From Octopus bimaculoides (Eukaryota), in assembly GCF_001194135.2 (NCBI RefSeq), contig NC_068995.1:11939952-12003951 (forward strand): a stretch of 64,000 bases of DNA. Direction: 5' to 3'. The notes under the pieces are model-generated. The model did no database searches, had not been told where the DNA came from, and was given only the letters and a program-made list of their open reading frames with translations. Shown here one piece after another: positions 49,762-63,922 of the stretch. Position numbers and translations under genes: made by a program. Position 1 is the first letter of the stretch. The number at the start of each line of letters is the position of its first letter.

Positions 49762-49810
49762 GGTGAGAAAGTCTTTTACGTTTTGATCCTGCGCTCTTCA
49801 ACAGAAAGGA
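49762..49810 (-). other. Family G-like repeat with decayed hammerhead-like core
   Basis: Minus strand CUGUUGA A GAGC GCAG GAUC AAAAC GUAAAAGACUUUC. Confidence 0.35.
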
Positions 49811-50023
49811 ACACGAGAAATACATACATACATACATATTTACACACACACACACACACATATAGATAGATAGATTGATAGATAGATAGATAGATAGATT
49901 GATAGATAGATAGATACATACATACATACATACATATACATATANNNNNNNNNNGATAGATAGATAGATTGATAGATAGATAGATACATACATACATACA
50001 TACATATACATATACACATATGA

Positions 50024-50063
<40 letters not shown>

Positions 50064-50964
50064 TTGTATTAGCGTAATGAATCTAAGACATTATGCCTTC
50101 TATTCTACACTATACTATTAAGAGCGTTAACTAATTATACACAAACATGGTATTTACTGGTTGACTGATCAAATATCAAACCTCGCTATCGTTCTTAAAT
50201 ATAAGTGGTTCTTTTAAAGATGATCGATAGAAAAGACTTGGTGCACCATACATATGACCAAAATCATTCTAATCACCTTTTCTTTCTCTGGATTCATGTA
50301 CCTGCGAATATATTGTCCAATATGTCACAGCCTGTTTTTAAAGCGACATAATGTGATTTATATATGTAATGTCTATTACATGCAGACGCACACACACGCA
50401 TACCCCCCACACACACACACACACACGAATACTCCCCACACACATGCACACACAGACACAACACATTCAGAAACACACTCACACAAACCCTTGTACATGT
50501 GTACATGTGTGTGTTCTTAGGTATAGGTATACACGTAGATATTTATGGGTGCGCTTGTATATATATATATATATATATATNNNNNNNNNNNNNNNNNNNN
50601 NNNNNNNNNNNNNNNNNNNNNNNNNNNNNNNNNNNNNNNNNNNNNNNNNNNNNNNNNNNNNNNNNNNNNNNNNNNNNNNNNNNNNNNNNNNNNNNNNNNN
50701 NNNNNNNNNNNNNNNNNNNNNNNNNNNNNNNNNNNNNNNACTTATGTACATATATGTTTACATATATACGTAGATATATATGTATACACACACATGCACA
50801 TACTTATGTACATATATGTTTACATATATACGTAGATATATATGCATGTATTTACTTATATATCTGTGTATACATGGAGGCATTCGTGTCTGTTTTGACA
50901 TCGCATGATAGTTAGAAATGAGTATCACCTTCATAAGAGCGGTGTAATGTGCTTCAAATATTCC

Positions 50965-51130
50965 GTGAAAACATGTGTGGCCGTGGAAAAATATTAAAAT
51001 ATTATTTGCTTGGAAATAGGTTGGGAAAATCTAACTTGGTGACGGTTGCGTCCCCTCACGCATTCATAGGAAAGTGGACATTAAACGACGATGATGATGA
51101 TAACGTTTTTGATGATGATTAGGATGATGA
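50965..51130 (+). mobile_element. Retroposon 3' end with (GAT)n tail (family F)
   Basis: ataggaaagtggacattaaacgacgatgatgatgat; a tail structure typical of SINE/LINE 3' ends, single copy here. Confidence 0.4.
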
Positions 51131-51924
51131 TGACGATAGTGGTGTGTGTATATATATACATTCATACATGGACGCGCGCACACACACAGACAAACATACA
51201 CATATGTATCATATGCACCTAACATAAATTTGCTTTGAATCTGGGTACTGTTCGCACCAACAGACAGTTCAATATTACATACGGTTATATAACATATTTA
51301 TCATTTCACTCATTATAGCAATAAAGAGAAACGTTTCAACATTTGTGAGCATGTCTGCTGATATCGATTTCCTACTTGTATCATTGGAGTAAATGAAAAC
51401 ACTTCCAATCGTAAATCAAATGTCGTTTGGAACATTTTGGGTTACCTGTCCGAATATCTGGGAAGCTATAAATAAGAGCTGCAACACATACCATACTATT
51501 CTATATGATATTTATTTAAATGTTGGAATAACTTTGATATTAAAATTCAGTTTATACACATATTAATCATTACTACGAGTATCCGTTTGATGAGTTTTTT
51601 CAATGGAGAGTGATCAGTTTAATCCACTCTAGTCTTCAATGTGTATTTAAATCTTCAGCACTGACCCGATGATATAGGATAAATGTAATCGAAGAAACGA
51701 GTGTTGCGGCTTTGTACTAGAGCATCTATCCTTTCAATTGTCCAAACTTAGGAAAAAAACCCGAACATTTTATTGCTTGCGGTATCTTCCCTTTACATCT
51801 ATTTGAAGCAAAATAATTAGAGACACACAGCCACTGATCTAATAAAATAGAAATATTATTATTTCTAAATCTCTCGAAGAGAGATATGCAGTAACGGTTC
51901 CTTAATAAAATAATAAACGAGCCC

Positions 51925-52163
51925 TCTTAAAGCCTATCCAGATTCATGGGCCCGGTTTCCCTGTTTCTATGGCGTATGTGTTCCCCTGCTGGACCGGACG
52001 CCAGTCCATCGGAGTGTTACTCATATTTGCCAGCTGAGTGAACTGGAGCACCGTGAAATGAAGTGTTTTACTCAAGAACACAACGGGTCGCCCGGTCCAG
52101 GAATCGAAACCACAATCTGACGATCATGATGCTGACACCCTAACCACTAAGCCACGCGCCTCC
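51925..52163 (-). mobile_element. Family C (CORE-like) SINE, full length, tail type 2
   Basis: Head ggaggcgcgtggcttagtggttagggtg (A box), ggtttcgattcc (B box), body ttcttgagtaaaacacttcatttcacggtgctccagttcactcagctgg, tail gatggactggcgtccggtccagcagggg. Confidence 0.9.
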
Positions 52164-52899
52164 ACAACTGTTCCTTAAAGTAAAGGCTATTTGCCAACAT
52201 AATGTGGCTGTACTGGAAGGAACGATGTGTCGTATAGCCTCACGAAACATCGTTTCCAGCTGGCTATACGACACGATTTTGGGGTAACTTTTATAGCATT
52301 TTTCAGTTGAATTCACAGAGTATAGGAAAGACATCGAAGTAGTTCCAGCTAGCTCTCTTCCTCTCACTGTATTTACTCGTAGCAAAATCAATTGAGACAG
52401 ATCCAGTTAATTGTTTGGGGTTAAGTTCTCGAGCATCCTGCAACTGATTTCACAAAATATTGGAAAGACAACGAACCAGTTACTGCTAGCTCTACCTCCG
52501 TACTGTATTTATTTGCAGCAATGTAAATTGAGACTTCTTCAGACGGAAGTTGTAAGCGANNNNNNNNNNTCTTTATGTGGATTAGTGTGTTGAAGCATGT
52601 TTTATTGTGTCTGGGGAGAGTCATTCTCTTTTAGTGCTTTATTATTTAACACACTCACCGGTGCGATTCCCAAGCATTTACTTATTTATTTTTCCAGAGC
52701 TCCTTTTTTTTGTTTGTTTGTGCGCATGTGTGTGCGTCAGTGTGTATGTGTATGCACATATATAAGTATGTATATATGTATGTTTGTATGTGTATGCAGA
52801 TATCATGCATGTATATATGAGTGTGTGTATCTATGTATATATGTATACCTGTATGTGTTTGTGTGTATATATATAAATATAGGTATAATATATATATAT

Positions 52900-53376
52900 G
52901 AGTGGCTGTGTGGTAAATAGCTTGCTTACCAACCACATGGTTCTGGGTTCAGTCCCACTGCGTGGCACCTTGTGCAAGTGTCTTCCACTATAGCCTCGGG
53001 ACGACCAAAGCNNNNNNNNNNCCACTGCGTGGCACCTTGTGCAAGTGTCTTCCACTATAGCCTCGGGACGACCAAAGCCTTGTGAGTGGATTTGGTAGAT
53101 GGAAACTGAAAGAAGCCCGTCGTATATATATGTATATATATGTATGCATATGTATGTGTGTGTATATGGTTGTGTGTCTGTGTTTGTCCCCTCAAAATCG
53201 CTTGACAACCAATGCTGGTGTGTTTACGTCCCCGTAACTTAGCGGTTCGGCAAAAGAGACCGATAGAATAAGTACTAGGCTTCCAAAGAATAAGTCCTGG
53301 GTCGATTTGCTCGACTAAATGCGGTGCTCAAGCATGGCCGCAGTCAAATGACTGAAACAAGTAAAAGAGTAAAGAG
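52900..53376 (+). mobile_element. Family B SINE, near consensus, with a gap-flanking 57-bp duplication
   Basis: gagtggctgtgtggtaaatagcttgcttaccaaccacatgg ... actgaaacaagtaaaagagtaaagag. Confidence 0.92.
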
Positions 53377-53919
53377 TATATATATATATATATATNNNNN
53401 NNNNNNNNNNNNNNNNNNNNNNNNNNNNNNNNNNNNNNNNNNNNNNNNNNNNNNNNNNNNNNNNNNNNNNNNNNNNNNNNNNNNNNNNNNNNNNNNNNNN
53501 NNNNNNNNNNNNNNNNNNNNNNNNNNNNNNNNNNNNNNNNNNNNNNNNNNNNNNNNNNNNNNNNNNNNNNNNNNNNNNNNNNNNNNNNNNNNNNNNNNNN
53601 NNNNNNNNNNNNNNNNNNNNNNNNNNNNNNNNNNNNNNNNNNNNNNNNNNNNNNNNNNNNNNNNNNNNNNNNNNNNNNNNNNNNNNNNNNNNNNNNNNNN
53701 NNNNNNNNNNNNNNNNNNNNNNNNNNNNNNNNNNNNNNNNNNNNNNNNNNNNNNNNNNNNNNNNNNNNNNNNNNNNNNNNNNNATTTTCAAAAGAACGCT
53801 ATAGATTTTTGGAAATGGTGTAGACGATTAAATCCGAAATGTCGATATCTCTCTCATTGGTATTTTTATATCGATCCCGTAAAATGAAAGATGCAGTAGA
53901 CGTCGGCAGGACTTGAGCG

Positions 53920-53965
<46 letters not shown>

Positions 53966-54019
53966 TACACACACACACACGCACACACAGACACACACAT
54001 GCACACACATACATATACA

Positions 54020-54224
54020 CAAAGAGGTACTTAAAATTACCTGGCTTTAAGGGTTTCGAGAAAGGTTCAAACTTCGGAGTTCTTTTACAAAGCTTAGAAA
54101 AACTGAAGGACCGCCGCAGTAAGTGCGTGAATTTGAAAGAGAAATATGTTGAATAAAATCATAACGAATTCATCTTTCTGTATTTTCTTTTACTCATAGC
54201 CAGGAACTTTCCAGCATGCCCTCG
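54020..54224. mobile_element. Mariner-type MITE, sister of 45146-45359 in opposite orientation
   Basis: cctggctttaaggg ... gcttagaaaaactgaag ... aatatgttgaataaaatcataac ... agccaggaactttccagcatgccctcg|ta. Confidence 0.8.
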
Positions 54225-54267
54225 TATATAGACAAGTAAATGGACGTAACAGTTATTTTCTGTAATT

Positions 54268-54466
54268 TTAATGACAAGGCCAACAATTTTGACGGCAAGA
54301 GAAAAGTCAGTTATATTAACCGCAGTACTTGACTCATGCTTTATTTTAATGATCTTGAAAGGATGAAAGATAAAGATGACCGCGGCGGGTTTTGAACTCA
54401 GAACGTTAAAAGAACCGCTGAGTATTTTGTCCGACGAGCTAATTACTCTTCTAGCTCGCCGCCTTG
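54268..54466 (-). mobile_element. Family A SINE
   Basis: gaaaggatgaaagataaagatgaccgcggcgggttttgaactcagaacgt ... ctagctcgccgcctt. Confidence 0.75.
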
Positions 54467-54613
54467 TTGACGTAACTAATTAATGTAATCATTAATTTAG
54501 TACCATCTACCTTTTCAGCAATATTTTCTACGTAGCGTGCAAGTCAAAATGCAATTTAATACTCAAAATTAAACTTTTGGCACCTAAAATTAATTATTAC
54601 TAATAAAATTATT

Positions 54614-54790
54614 GGTTTCAAATATTAGTACAAAACCAGCAATTTTGGAGCAGAAGGTGAATCAATTACATCGACCACAGTGCAAGCAATGCCGACCTCG
54701 TTGGAATTTGAAAGCAGGAACGAGAAGACGGATGTGGCAGTACTAAGAATTTCGTCCGGCGTGGAAACGATTCTGTCGGCTCACCGCCTT
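54614..54790 (-). mobile_element. Family A SINE with internal deletion and about 20-bp TSD
   Basis: Flanks ttattactaataaaattatt (54594-54613) and ttattaccaataaaattatt (54789-54808). Confidence 0.85.
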
Positions 54791-55461
54791 ATTACCAATA
54801 AAATTATTTCCTGTAATGTACTTCAGGTGTACTGAGCCGATTCTATATAGTATCAAGAAATATATGTCTTTGTACCAACATTTTAACCCTGAAGTTTCCG
54901 TAAAAATTATTGCTAGTAATGCACCAAGGTATATTCAACCGAATCTATACAGTCTTTAGAAATATGTGACTTTGTACCAAAATTAAAATCAATATCAGAA
55001 AGAAGAAACATTAGAAATGAATTTTTCAATTTTCTGTGTAATGGTAATATAAGTCTGTTAGCTAAAAGGAATATAGTTCCATGTTCAAAAAAAAAAAAAA
55101 GAAAAAAAAAGAAATGAAAAGCGAAAATGAAAAAAAAAAGAAAAGAAAAGAGAAATGAAACTTTTGAAGAATATCAGAGACGAATTTTGCAAGCTTCATT
55201 TATTTTTGATTTGTATATTCATATTTCTATAGAGTCGTAATGTCTGAACGTCGGAGAGTTCATACCATAATGTAAGATTCTTTCGCTCTTTCTATTTGTT
55301 CTGCATATTTTAGTTTACCTATCTGTTGGGAGTTCTCTGCTATGTTTGTGTGACGAAACGCTATGATTTTATGTAGGTTGAAGAGTTAAAGTCAAAGAGT
55401 TTGAAATTTTAGTCACGGCACTCATACACACGCACACACACGCACACACGTGTGTGTATAT

Positions 55462-55492
<31 letters not shown>

Positions 55493-56092
55493 GTCTATCT
55501 ATATTTGTATGTATAGATTACAAGACTAGTCGATTCTTGTACACACTAGCAGAAAGTTCACGTGTTCCCAGCGCCAAAAGTATGTGCTATTTATGGCTGT
55601 TTGTTTTGATTTTTAACTTTTAAATCCCAAAAGGAAACCATTCCCCAAAGCTATTGCCGGCTTTCCTACAATGATACAAATTATATTCAATATACACATT
55701 TGTGTTCAGGGAAATCTTTGCACATAGGCAGCTAGAGGCAGAGAGAGAGAGAGCGAATGGCAGCGAAATTGTTGAAAGAAATATTCATAGGAAAATTTTA
55801 TTAGGGCTGTGAGGAATTAGACTCATTATATAAACAATAATTTAAATAGTGGGGGTATTAGAAAGAACTCGGCTTCAGGGGTGTACAGATTCGTTGTTCA
55901 GACAAGCGGGGATTGGCAAAATAATAGCCGAAAATTATAAAGGCTAGCTAGCTCCGGTCTATTATACTCTAGTTTGGAGATAAATAGAGGGCTTTACAAT
56001 ATATAGTATTTACATAGAAAGTAATCAGGCAATATGCAGAAAGAACAGGTTGGTGAATACACACACACATGTGGATGCATGTGTAAGCTTCT

Positions 56093-56133
<41 letters not shown>

Positions 56134-57094
56134 CCCCGCGTTCGGTACAATGTGTTTATTATGGTATTTTTTTATTTAAGAGTTCCTCCTAGCGTGAGGC
56201 ATTTATGTATAGTAAAGCCCTTATTACAAATAAATATATTTAAATGGAATAATTAATAAATTTTTTCCTTATGAGGTTTTTCATGCTAACTAATTTATAA
56301 ATTTTTATAAAGATTTTATCCTATTTTTAAATTGTGTATATATATAAGGGCATGACTATACAAGAATGCCTCACGTTAACTACCGTAATAAACACATTTT
56401 TACCGAATGCAAGGAAATACAGCTTTCAAAGAAGCTAGCCTTTTAAAAATAGACTGAACTATAGTCAGTATACTGACGAGTGAAGATTATATATTACTAT
56501 AATGATCACGAAATCGGTGATCTATAGTTCAGTCTGTTTTTAAAAGCTAGCTTCCTTAATTCGTATCATATCTCGAGAATTAAGGGAAATACACCACCAC
56601 GCACACACACACACACATACATATACAAACACACACACAAGCACACGCACAGGCATATACAAACACAAAAACATACATACATACAGATACACGTACACAC
56701 ACATATATGTATATACATCAAATCAACCCTATTCGATTCCTTGTCAATATCAACATAACTCTCGCTTACTCAATCATTCTACTTATTTGTTTTCACCAAT
56801 CTTCTCTATCTTTCTATCCTCAGGTTCTCCCCGAACGTCTAACTATTTTCATTTTGCTCTCTCATTTCTCTGCTCTTTCTTTGGTTATATCAATAACTAA
56901 TCTCCCCCATTCCAGTTTCCTAGCCTTTCCTGCACATTCATCCCTCCCAGAATTATCTACTGGGATTCTCTCTGGCTCTCGCCTCGTACATTCATCTATC
57001 TTTCGCACCAAGTATCATACTATAACCAATCACATATATTTATCGCTTATTTCTTTTTCTTACTTTTATATTTTGCTAATCCTTTAGCTTTTAC

Positions 57095-57169
<75 letters not shown>

Positions 57170-58154
57170 CACAAAACACACACATCAATTAATATAAAAA
57201 GCGAGGTGCAATATGATACCACAAAGAAAAAGTTCAATCGTCACTAAGTGTGATTAAGGAGCGGTTACCTCCCCTTTCAATATATATATAAACTTCCATT
57301 CTTCTTATAGCATTAAGTATATTCTCACTCTTATTTCTAGTAATGTAGGTGATTCGGCGCCGTTAGTCAAACTTAGTTTGTTGTTTTCCGTTATGGCTGT
57401 TTAAATTAATTTTTATTATACGCGTTNNNNNNNNNNNNNNNNNNNNNNNNNNNNNNNNNNNNNNNNNNNNNNNNNNNNNNNNNNNNNNNNNNNNNNNNNN
57501 NNNNNNNNNNNNNNNNNNNNNNNNNNNNNNNNNNNNNNNNNNNNNNNNNNNNNNNNNNNNNNNNNNNNNNNNNNNNNNNNNNNNNNNNNNNNNNNNNNNN
57601 NNNNNNNNNNNNNNNNNNNNNNNNNNNNNNNNNNNNNNNNNNNNNNNNNNNNNNNNNNNNNNNNNNNNNNNNNNNNNNNNNNNNNNNNNNNNNNNNNNNN
57701 NNNNNNNNNNNNNNNNNNNNNNNNNNNNNNNNNNNNNNNNNNNNNNNNNNNNNNNNNNNNNNNNNNNNNNNNNNNNNNNNNNNNNNNNNNNNNNNNNNNN
57801 NNNNNNNNNNNNNNNNNNNNNNNNNNNNNNNNNNNNNNNNNNNNNNNNNNNNNNNNNNNNNNNNNNNNNNNNNNNNNNNNNNNNNNNNNNNNNNNNNNNN
57901 NNNNNNNNNNNNNNNNNNNNNNNNNNNNNNNNNNNNNNNNNNNNNNNNNNNNNNNNNNNNNNNNNNNNNNNNNNNNNNNNNNNNNNNNNNNNNNNNNNNN
58001 NNNNNNNNNNNNNNNNNNNNNNNNNNNNNNNNNNNNNNNNNNNNNNNNNNNNNNNNNNNNNNNNNNNNNNNNNNNNNNNNNNNNNNNNNNNNNNNNNNNN
58101 NNNNNNNNNNNNNNNNNNNNNNNNNNNNNNNNNNNNNNNNNNNNNNNNNNNNNN

Positions 58155-58186
<32 letters not shown>

Positions 58187-58499
58187 GAGAGAGAGAGAGA
58201 GAGAAAGTAATACAGCCTTAATATATGAATTTAATAAAACAGTATATAATACGTATATAATCAATGTACATGTAGAGATAGCGAATGTATATGTTGTACA
58301 ATTACGAGTTATTTATATGCACATAGACATTACTTTTATATCTCCACACACCCATGAAAATATCATATACGTATCACGTGATACATAATATGAAATCTGT
58401 GCATACTCTTCATGTATGTATGTGTGTGGGTTGCTAAGATTAATCGCATACATGTATGTGTGTCAGTGAATTTATTTGTTTTTAAATGTTTATTTATGT

Positions 58500-58534
<35 letters not shown>

Positions 58535-58848
58535 CGCACATGGTTTTATGCTCCGGTTTTAAGTACATTTTAAAATTCCGACAAGGGCATATATAACTAT
58601 ATTTCCTTCTACTCACTTTGTGTGTGTGTAGGGATATACGTGCATATATANNNNNNNNNNNNNNNNNNNNNNNNNNNNNNNNNNNNNNNNNNNNNNNNNN
58701 NNNNNNNNNNNNNNNNNNNNNNNNNNNNNNNNNNNNNNNNNNNNNNNNNNNNNNNNNNNNNNNNNNNNNNNNNNNNNNNNNNNNNNNNNNNNNNNNNNNN
58801 NNNNNNNNNNNNNNNNNNNNNNNNNNNNNNNNNNNNNNNNNNNNNNNN

Positions 58849-58897
<49 letters not shown>

Positions 58898-59341
58898 TAG
58901 AAATAGATTGATAAATAGATAGATAGATAGATAAATAGATATACAAATAGATAGATATACGAATATCTACATGTATCTACACATAGAAACATATAAGTAT
59001 ACGTAACGTATATGTAAATGTGTGTGTATTTGGTGTGTGTGTGTGTTTGTGTGTGTGTGTGCATTTGAAAAGGGTATCTTTTTGTGTATCAACTTACAAC
59101 TAACTACACCGTCATCTTTTCCTGGCACCACCCAATCACACCATGATAGAATTTCTTAGGTAAAACTACACACCTATATAAAAGTTAACCTCATCTCTGT
59201 TTACAGTTCTATTATTTTCTCATTTATTTTTCATCTCCATTCCCATATCAACTACTTCTGTCATTTTGGTCATTACTAACAATATGCATTAAGTATGCTA
59301 CGTTTATAGCTATTTTAGTTTACATATATGTAACTAACACT

Positions 59342-59570
59342 CTGTCAATTGTGGCGACGAGTGTCTCAGTTCATCCGTCAACGTAGCAGCCTGGTGGTGA
59401 AATTAACCTGCAATTGGCACAGTACTCCATTAAAAAACTAAGATTGTGAACTTAGTTCTCAGGGAGATTCAGCGTGATACAGAATATGACAAGGGTGGGT
59501 GCAACTCATATTTACCAGCTGAGTGGACTGAGGCAACGTGAAATACTGCGTAGGTCAGTGGCACAATGCA
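59342..59570 (-). mobile_element. Family C body joined to a family E-type tail (tail type 3)
   Basis: gtgaaattaacctgcaa..gttctcagggagattcagcgtgatacagaatatgacaag (E tail, as at 27550-27660) adjoins cagctgagtggactgaggcaacgtgaaat (C body). Confidence 0.75.
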
Positions 59571-59782
59571 CTGCCAGATATACTCTAAACACAAAGCCCC
59601 GCTCCTTCACATACATACGGGTGCACACACCCTCACATATGTATGTACATATATACATACATATCTATGTACAGATATATACACAAATATACTGATATGT
59701 ATACACACATACATACATACACACACACACACATACACACACACACACACATATATACATAGTTAGATAGATAGATAGATAA

Positions 59783-59831
<49 letters not shown>

Positions 59832-60134
59832 CACGCGCCTGTGTGTGTGTTTTTATGTATATATATTTATATATAAATAATATGGGTGGTTAATTCGCAA
59901 TTTTACAACTTAAAGGCAGAAATATAGACGTCACAAAAGTGACAAAGGGCACTAATGGGCACCAGTATTCCTAGAAATAAGAGTCAAGACAACTCAGTAG
60001 CCACAGAATGCACTTTCTTAATGACTGACAAGGGAAGCAATCCCTCCATGGCAGCAGATATAACCAGATCACCGATGATTTCGCATTTTGATACTCACGC
60101 ATCGTAAAGCTCAAGGGTGGCTCTCACGGCGCCT

Positions 60135-60308
60135 AGGGTTAAGTCGATTACAAATTCTCACGTGCACGACTGATAATTATTTCATCAACCCCGAATGAAT
60201 GAAAGGCAAAGCTGACCATAGCGGAATTCGAACGCAGCACATAAACCTGGAGAAAGTACAGCTAAGCATTTTGCTCGGCGCGCTAGCGATCCTGCAGCAC
60301 GCCCCTTG
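60135..60308 (-). mobile_element. Family A SINE
   Basis: caaccccgaatgaatgaaaggcaaagctgaccatagcggaattcgaac ... gctaagcattttgctcggcgcgctagcgat. Confidence 0.75.
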
Positions 60309-60366
60309 TATACACATCCTAAATATTAGCTTACACATGCACACACAGTCTCTCTTTCTCTCTCTC

Positions 60367-60404
<38 letters not shown>

Positions 60405-61326
60405 TCTCTCTCTCTCTCACTCTCTCTCTCCCTCTGTCTCTCTCTCACACACACACATACACACATACACGCACGCACGCACAAACATATTCTCCTTTCT
60501 GTTTCTCTCTCAAGCTATATCTGTCAGTGTGTTTCTCTTTCTCTTGTGTGTGTGTATGTGTGTACGTATATTTGTGGGGGTGTGTGTGTGCGTGCCTCGT
60601 GTGTGTGTGTGCGTGCCTCGTGTGTGTGTGTGTGTGCACGTGTGTGTGTGTGTGTCTGTGTGCGTGTGCACGTGTGTGTGTGTGTGTCTGTGTGAGTGTG
60701 CGCGTGTGTGTGGGTGTCTGCGTGTGTATGCTATAGAGACAGACATAATAACAACCGTAATTATCTCCAGTTAGTCATTATCTCAGTAACAGTTACGAAA
60801 TAGACCTTAATTATACACACCTACGCTCGCACAACACAAACATACACCCACTATAACAAATACAGGGATATGCAAACAAACACCGATGTATATATTTAGA
60901 AGTGCATTTATGTCACAGCATACCCGAACAGTTCAAAACAATTTAACCATTCCTCATATACCGGGTACTGTGTTCAATTTGCAGCGTAGCATTTAAAGCG
61001 AAGGAGATTTTCTTTAGCCTATGTTGGGAGTGAAATGGCATAGACTAAAATAGTATAGAAAATTGTCGGGTGGATGGTACCTGGAATTGAAATGTTCGGT
61101 CTCGTTATACTCGTTGCCGCACGCTGATTTTGCTGGAGAATTAGGTTAAAATTTCAACGATGTCTCTGGAATTATCGGCCACAATTACTTTAATTCAGGA
61201 GCAGGTAATTCACTGGATCTACCAGATAGATCTTCACATCGAGCGACTGAGATCCACTACCACATGTAACATAGTTAAACAGAGATTCTTATTGAAGAAA
61301 ACCACTAAAATTGAATCTAGTCAAAT

Positions 61327-61532
61327 TGATTTCAAATTTTGACATAAAACCGTGAAGATCGGGGTGGAGGAAGCATTAAGTCAATTACATCGGCCCCCCC
61401 GGTTAATACTTATTTTATGGACCCCAAAAGAATGAACGACGAAGTTGACTTTGAGATCTGAACGTAAAGACGGATGAAATGTCGCTAACCCTTTTGTTCG
61501 TTGTGGTAACGATTCAGCCAGATCGCAGCGTT
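61327..61532 (-). mobile_element. Family A SINE
   Basis: gatttcaaattttgacataaaacc ... gaacgtaaagacggatgaaatgtcgctaa ... gtaacgattcagccagatcgc. Confidence 0.7.
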
Positions 61533-61662
61533 AAATATACCTGGTCATATTAATTAATCGCTATCAGTACATTCTGTATGTTAGAAATAACAGCTAAATT
61601 ACATTTAAATTTCTTTCAAACAATAGCAGAAGTTGACATGCGATAATAATGAAATCCTTTAT

Positions 61663-62054
61663 GACATATGGGATAAAATTAAAAAGGAATAAAAATATTG
61701 GATGTTTGCGGTTAGCACGATTTTACCGGAAGGGTCCGACCGGGTTTAAAACAGCTATTACAATAACAGAAACAATAATAGTTTACATCGGTTAATGCAA
61801 ACTTAATGAAGGAACGGCTTCATTTCGATTCATATGTTCATAAAGAAGAGTGANNNNNNNNNNGACATATGGGATAAAATTAAAAAGGAATAAAAATATT
61901 GGATGTTTGCGGTTAGCACGATTTTACCGGAAGGGTCCGACCGGGTTTAAAACAGCTATTACAATAACAGAAACAATAATAGTTTACATCGGTTAATGCA
62001 AACTTAATGAAGGAACGGCTTCATTTCGATTCATATGTTCATAAAGAAGAGTGA
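61663..62054. other. Identical 191-bp duplication either side of a 10-N gap (probable assembly artefact)
   Basis: 61663-61853 equals 61864-62054. Confidence 0.85.
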
Positions 62055-62095
62055 ATGCGAGCGCGAGTGTTTGTATGTGTATGTATGCATACGCA

Positions 62096-62131
<36 letters not shown>

Positions 62132-62491
62132 ATAAATACATATATCTTCATAAATATGCGTAAATTCACATGTACGTACCAGTCTGTCTATCTATTTATG
62201 TACCTATGTATGTATCTATCTATCTTTTTTCTTTTATTCATTCTATCAGACTTTCTCTGTCTGTCTCTGTCTGACTCTCTCTCTCCCTCCCCCCCCACAC
62301 ACACATGCATACCTACATGCATAATTCAATGCGCATGCATATATGCAAACATATACCGATACAGAGCTCACATTCACACATTCACACACGTGAACCCACA
62401 TACACAAACATACACATACTCCCACGCACACACGCTCACATGCATATATATGTATGTATGTATGTATGTATATATCTATATCTACATATAC

Positions 62492-62564
<73 letters not shown>

Positions 62565-62915
62565 TATACATACATACATACATAATGACGTTAATTTATT
62601 TCTAATAATTACCAATACAATACACATTTACATAGAAATAAATTAAACAATTCCATGGCGAATGCTGCAACATCAGCGCACGTGCCAGGCCTGGTAAATG
62701 ATAATTAAATCAAATATTAAATTGATCTCCTAGAAATGACTATATATATTTTATATTTTCTCTTTTAGTATTAATGTCAACTGCTTTTCACAACGTTTAT
62801 TCTCTGAATAAAAACCGTGTGAGGACGCATGATGCGGCTTGGATTTTGACATGTGTTTCATTGCTTCCAAAGAATTTGGCTATTATTATCATTATCATCG
62901 TTGTTGTTATTATTA

Positions 62916-62953
<38 letters not shown>

Positions 62954-63621
62954 GTTGTTGTTGTTGTTTTTTTTTGTTTTTTTTATTTCTGCGCTGCTTT
63001 CTTTCGATAGAGCATGCAAAGATTATGTACAGCCTGAGGGTAGTTTTGTCAGATATCATCAGGGGACCATGAAGTATCTCTGGAATTCTAAGGAGCACAA
63101 ATGTTGGGTGGCACGGTATGTTCACAATTATCCTTCTGCTTCACAGTGAAATAATTCCTGAGTCTGGTGAGGAACGTCTGTAAACATTGTTGTTGATAGA
63201 TGAGGAATAAATAACGTTGAAAGTATATGAGAATGTGGCTTGTGGAATGTGAGACTGGAGGAAAATGAGAAAAATAGAAAAAATGCTACTAAGATTTATC
63301 AACTCTATGTCTAATCAACAATAATATACACGAATAAAAGAAGACATACAGGCATGCACACACACACACATTCATACATATAGAACTCTATTATATATAT
63401 ATGGTCTGTATGTGTGTGTGTGAGTGCGCGTGCGTGTGTGTATCATATACATGTAAGCGTTATATACACGCGCATATATACATTTTTTAAATATGAATAT
63501 ATATATGCATGTACATATACATATATGCGTATGTATTTGTATGTATGCGTGTGCATGTGTGTGTATGTGCGTACATATGTATATATGATTCCATGTATAT
63601 ACATTTTTACGTATATGTATA

Positions 63622-63703
<82 letters not shown>

Positions 63704-63762
63704 NNNNNNNNNNAGAGAGAGAGAGAGAGAGAGAGAGATAGATAGATAGATAATAGATAGAT

Positions 63763-63796
<34 letters not shown>

Positions 63797-63922
63797 GTAG
63801 ATAGATAGATAGATATACGTACATGTATAGATATTTAATATATATACATAGATACATACGTATATATATATATATGTATATATTGATATATATATACATA
63901 TATATATATATATGTATATATG

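Noticed and set aside
50740-50844. 43-bp direct repeat with 62-bp period
   Set aside because: Low-complexity TA/CA-derived sequence next to a gap; ordinary slippage or an assembly effect
52955-53078. 57-bp tandem duplication inside a SINE
   Set aside because: Identical copies either side of a 10-N gap; typical unmerged contig overlap
61663-62054. 191-bp perfect tandem duplication
   Set aside because: Identical copies either side of a 10-N gap; most likely a scaffolding artefact
62853-63149. ORF ending RACKDYVQPEGSFVRYHQGTMKYLWNSKEHKCWVARY as a terminal exon
   Set aside because: The 5' half is (TTA)n/(TTG)n and the rest has no recognisable domain; unsupported without transcript data
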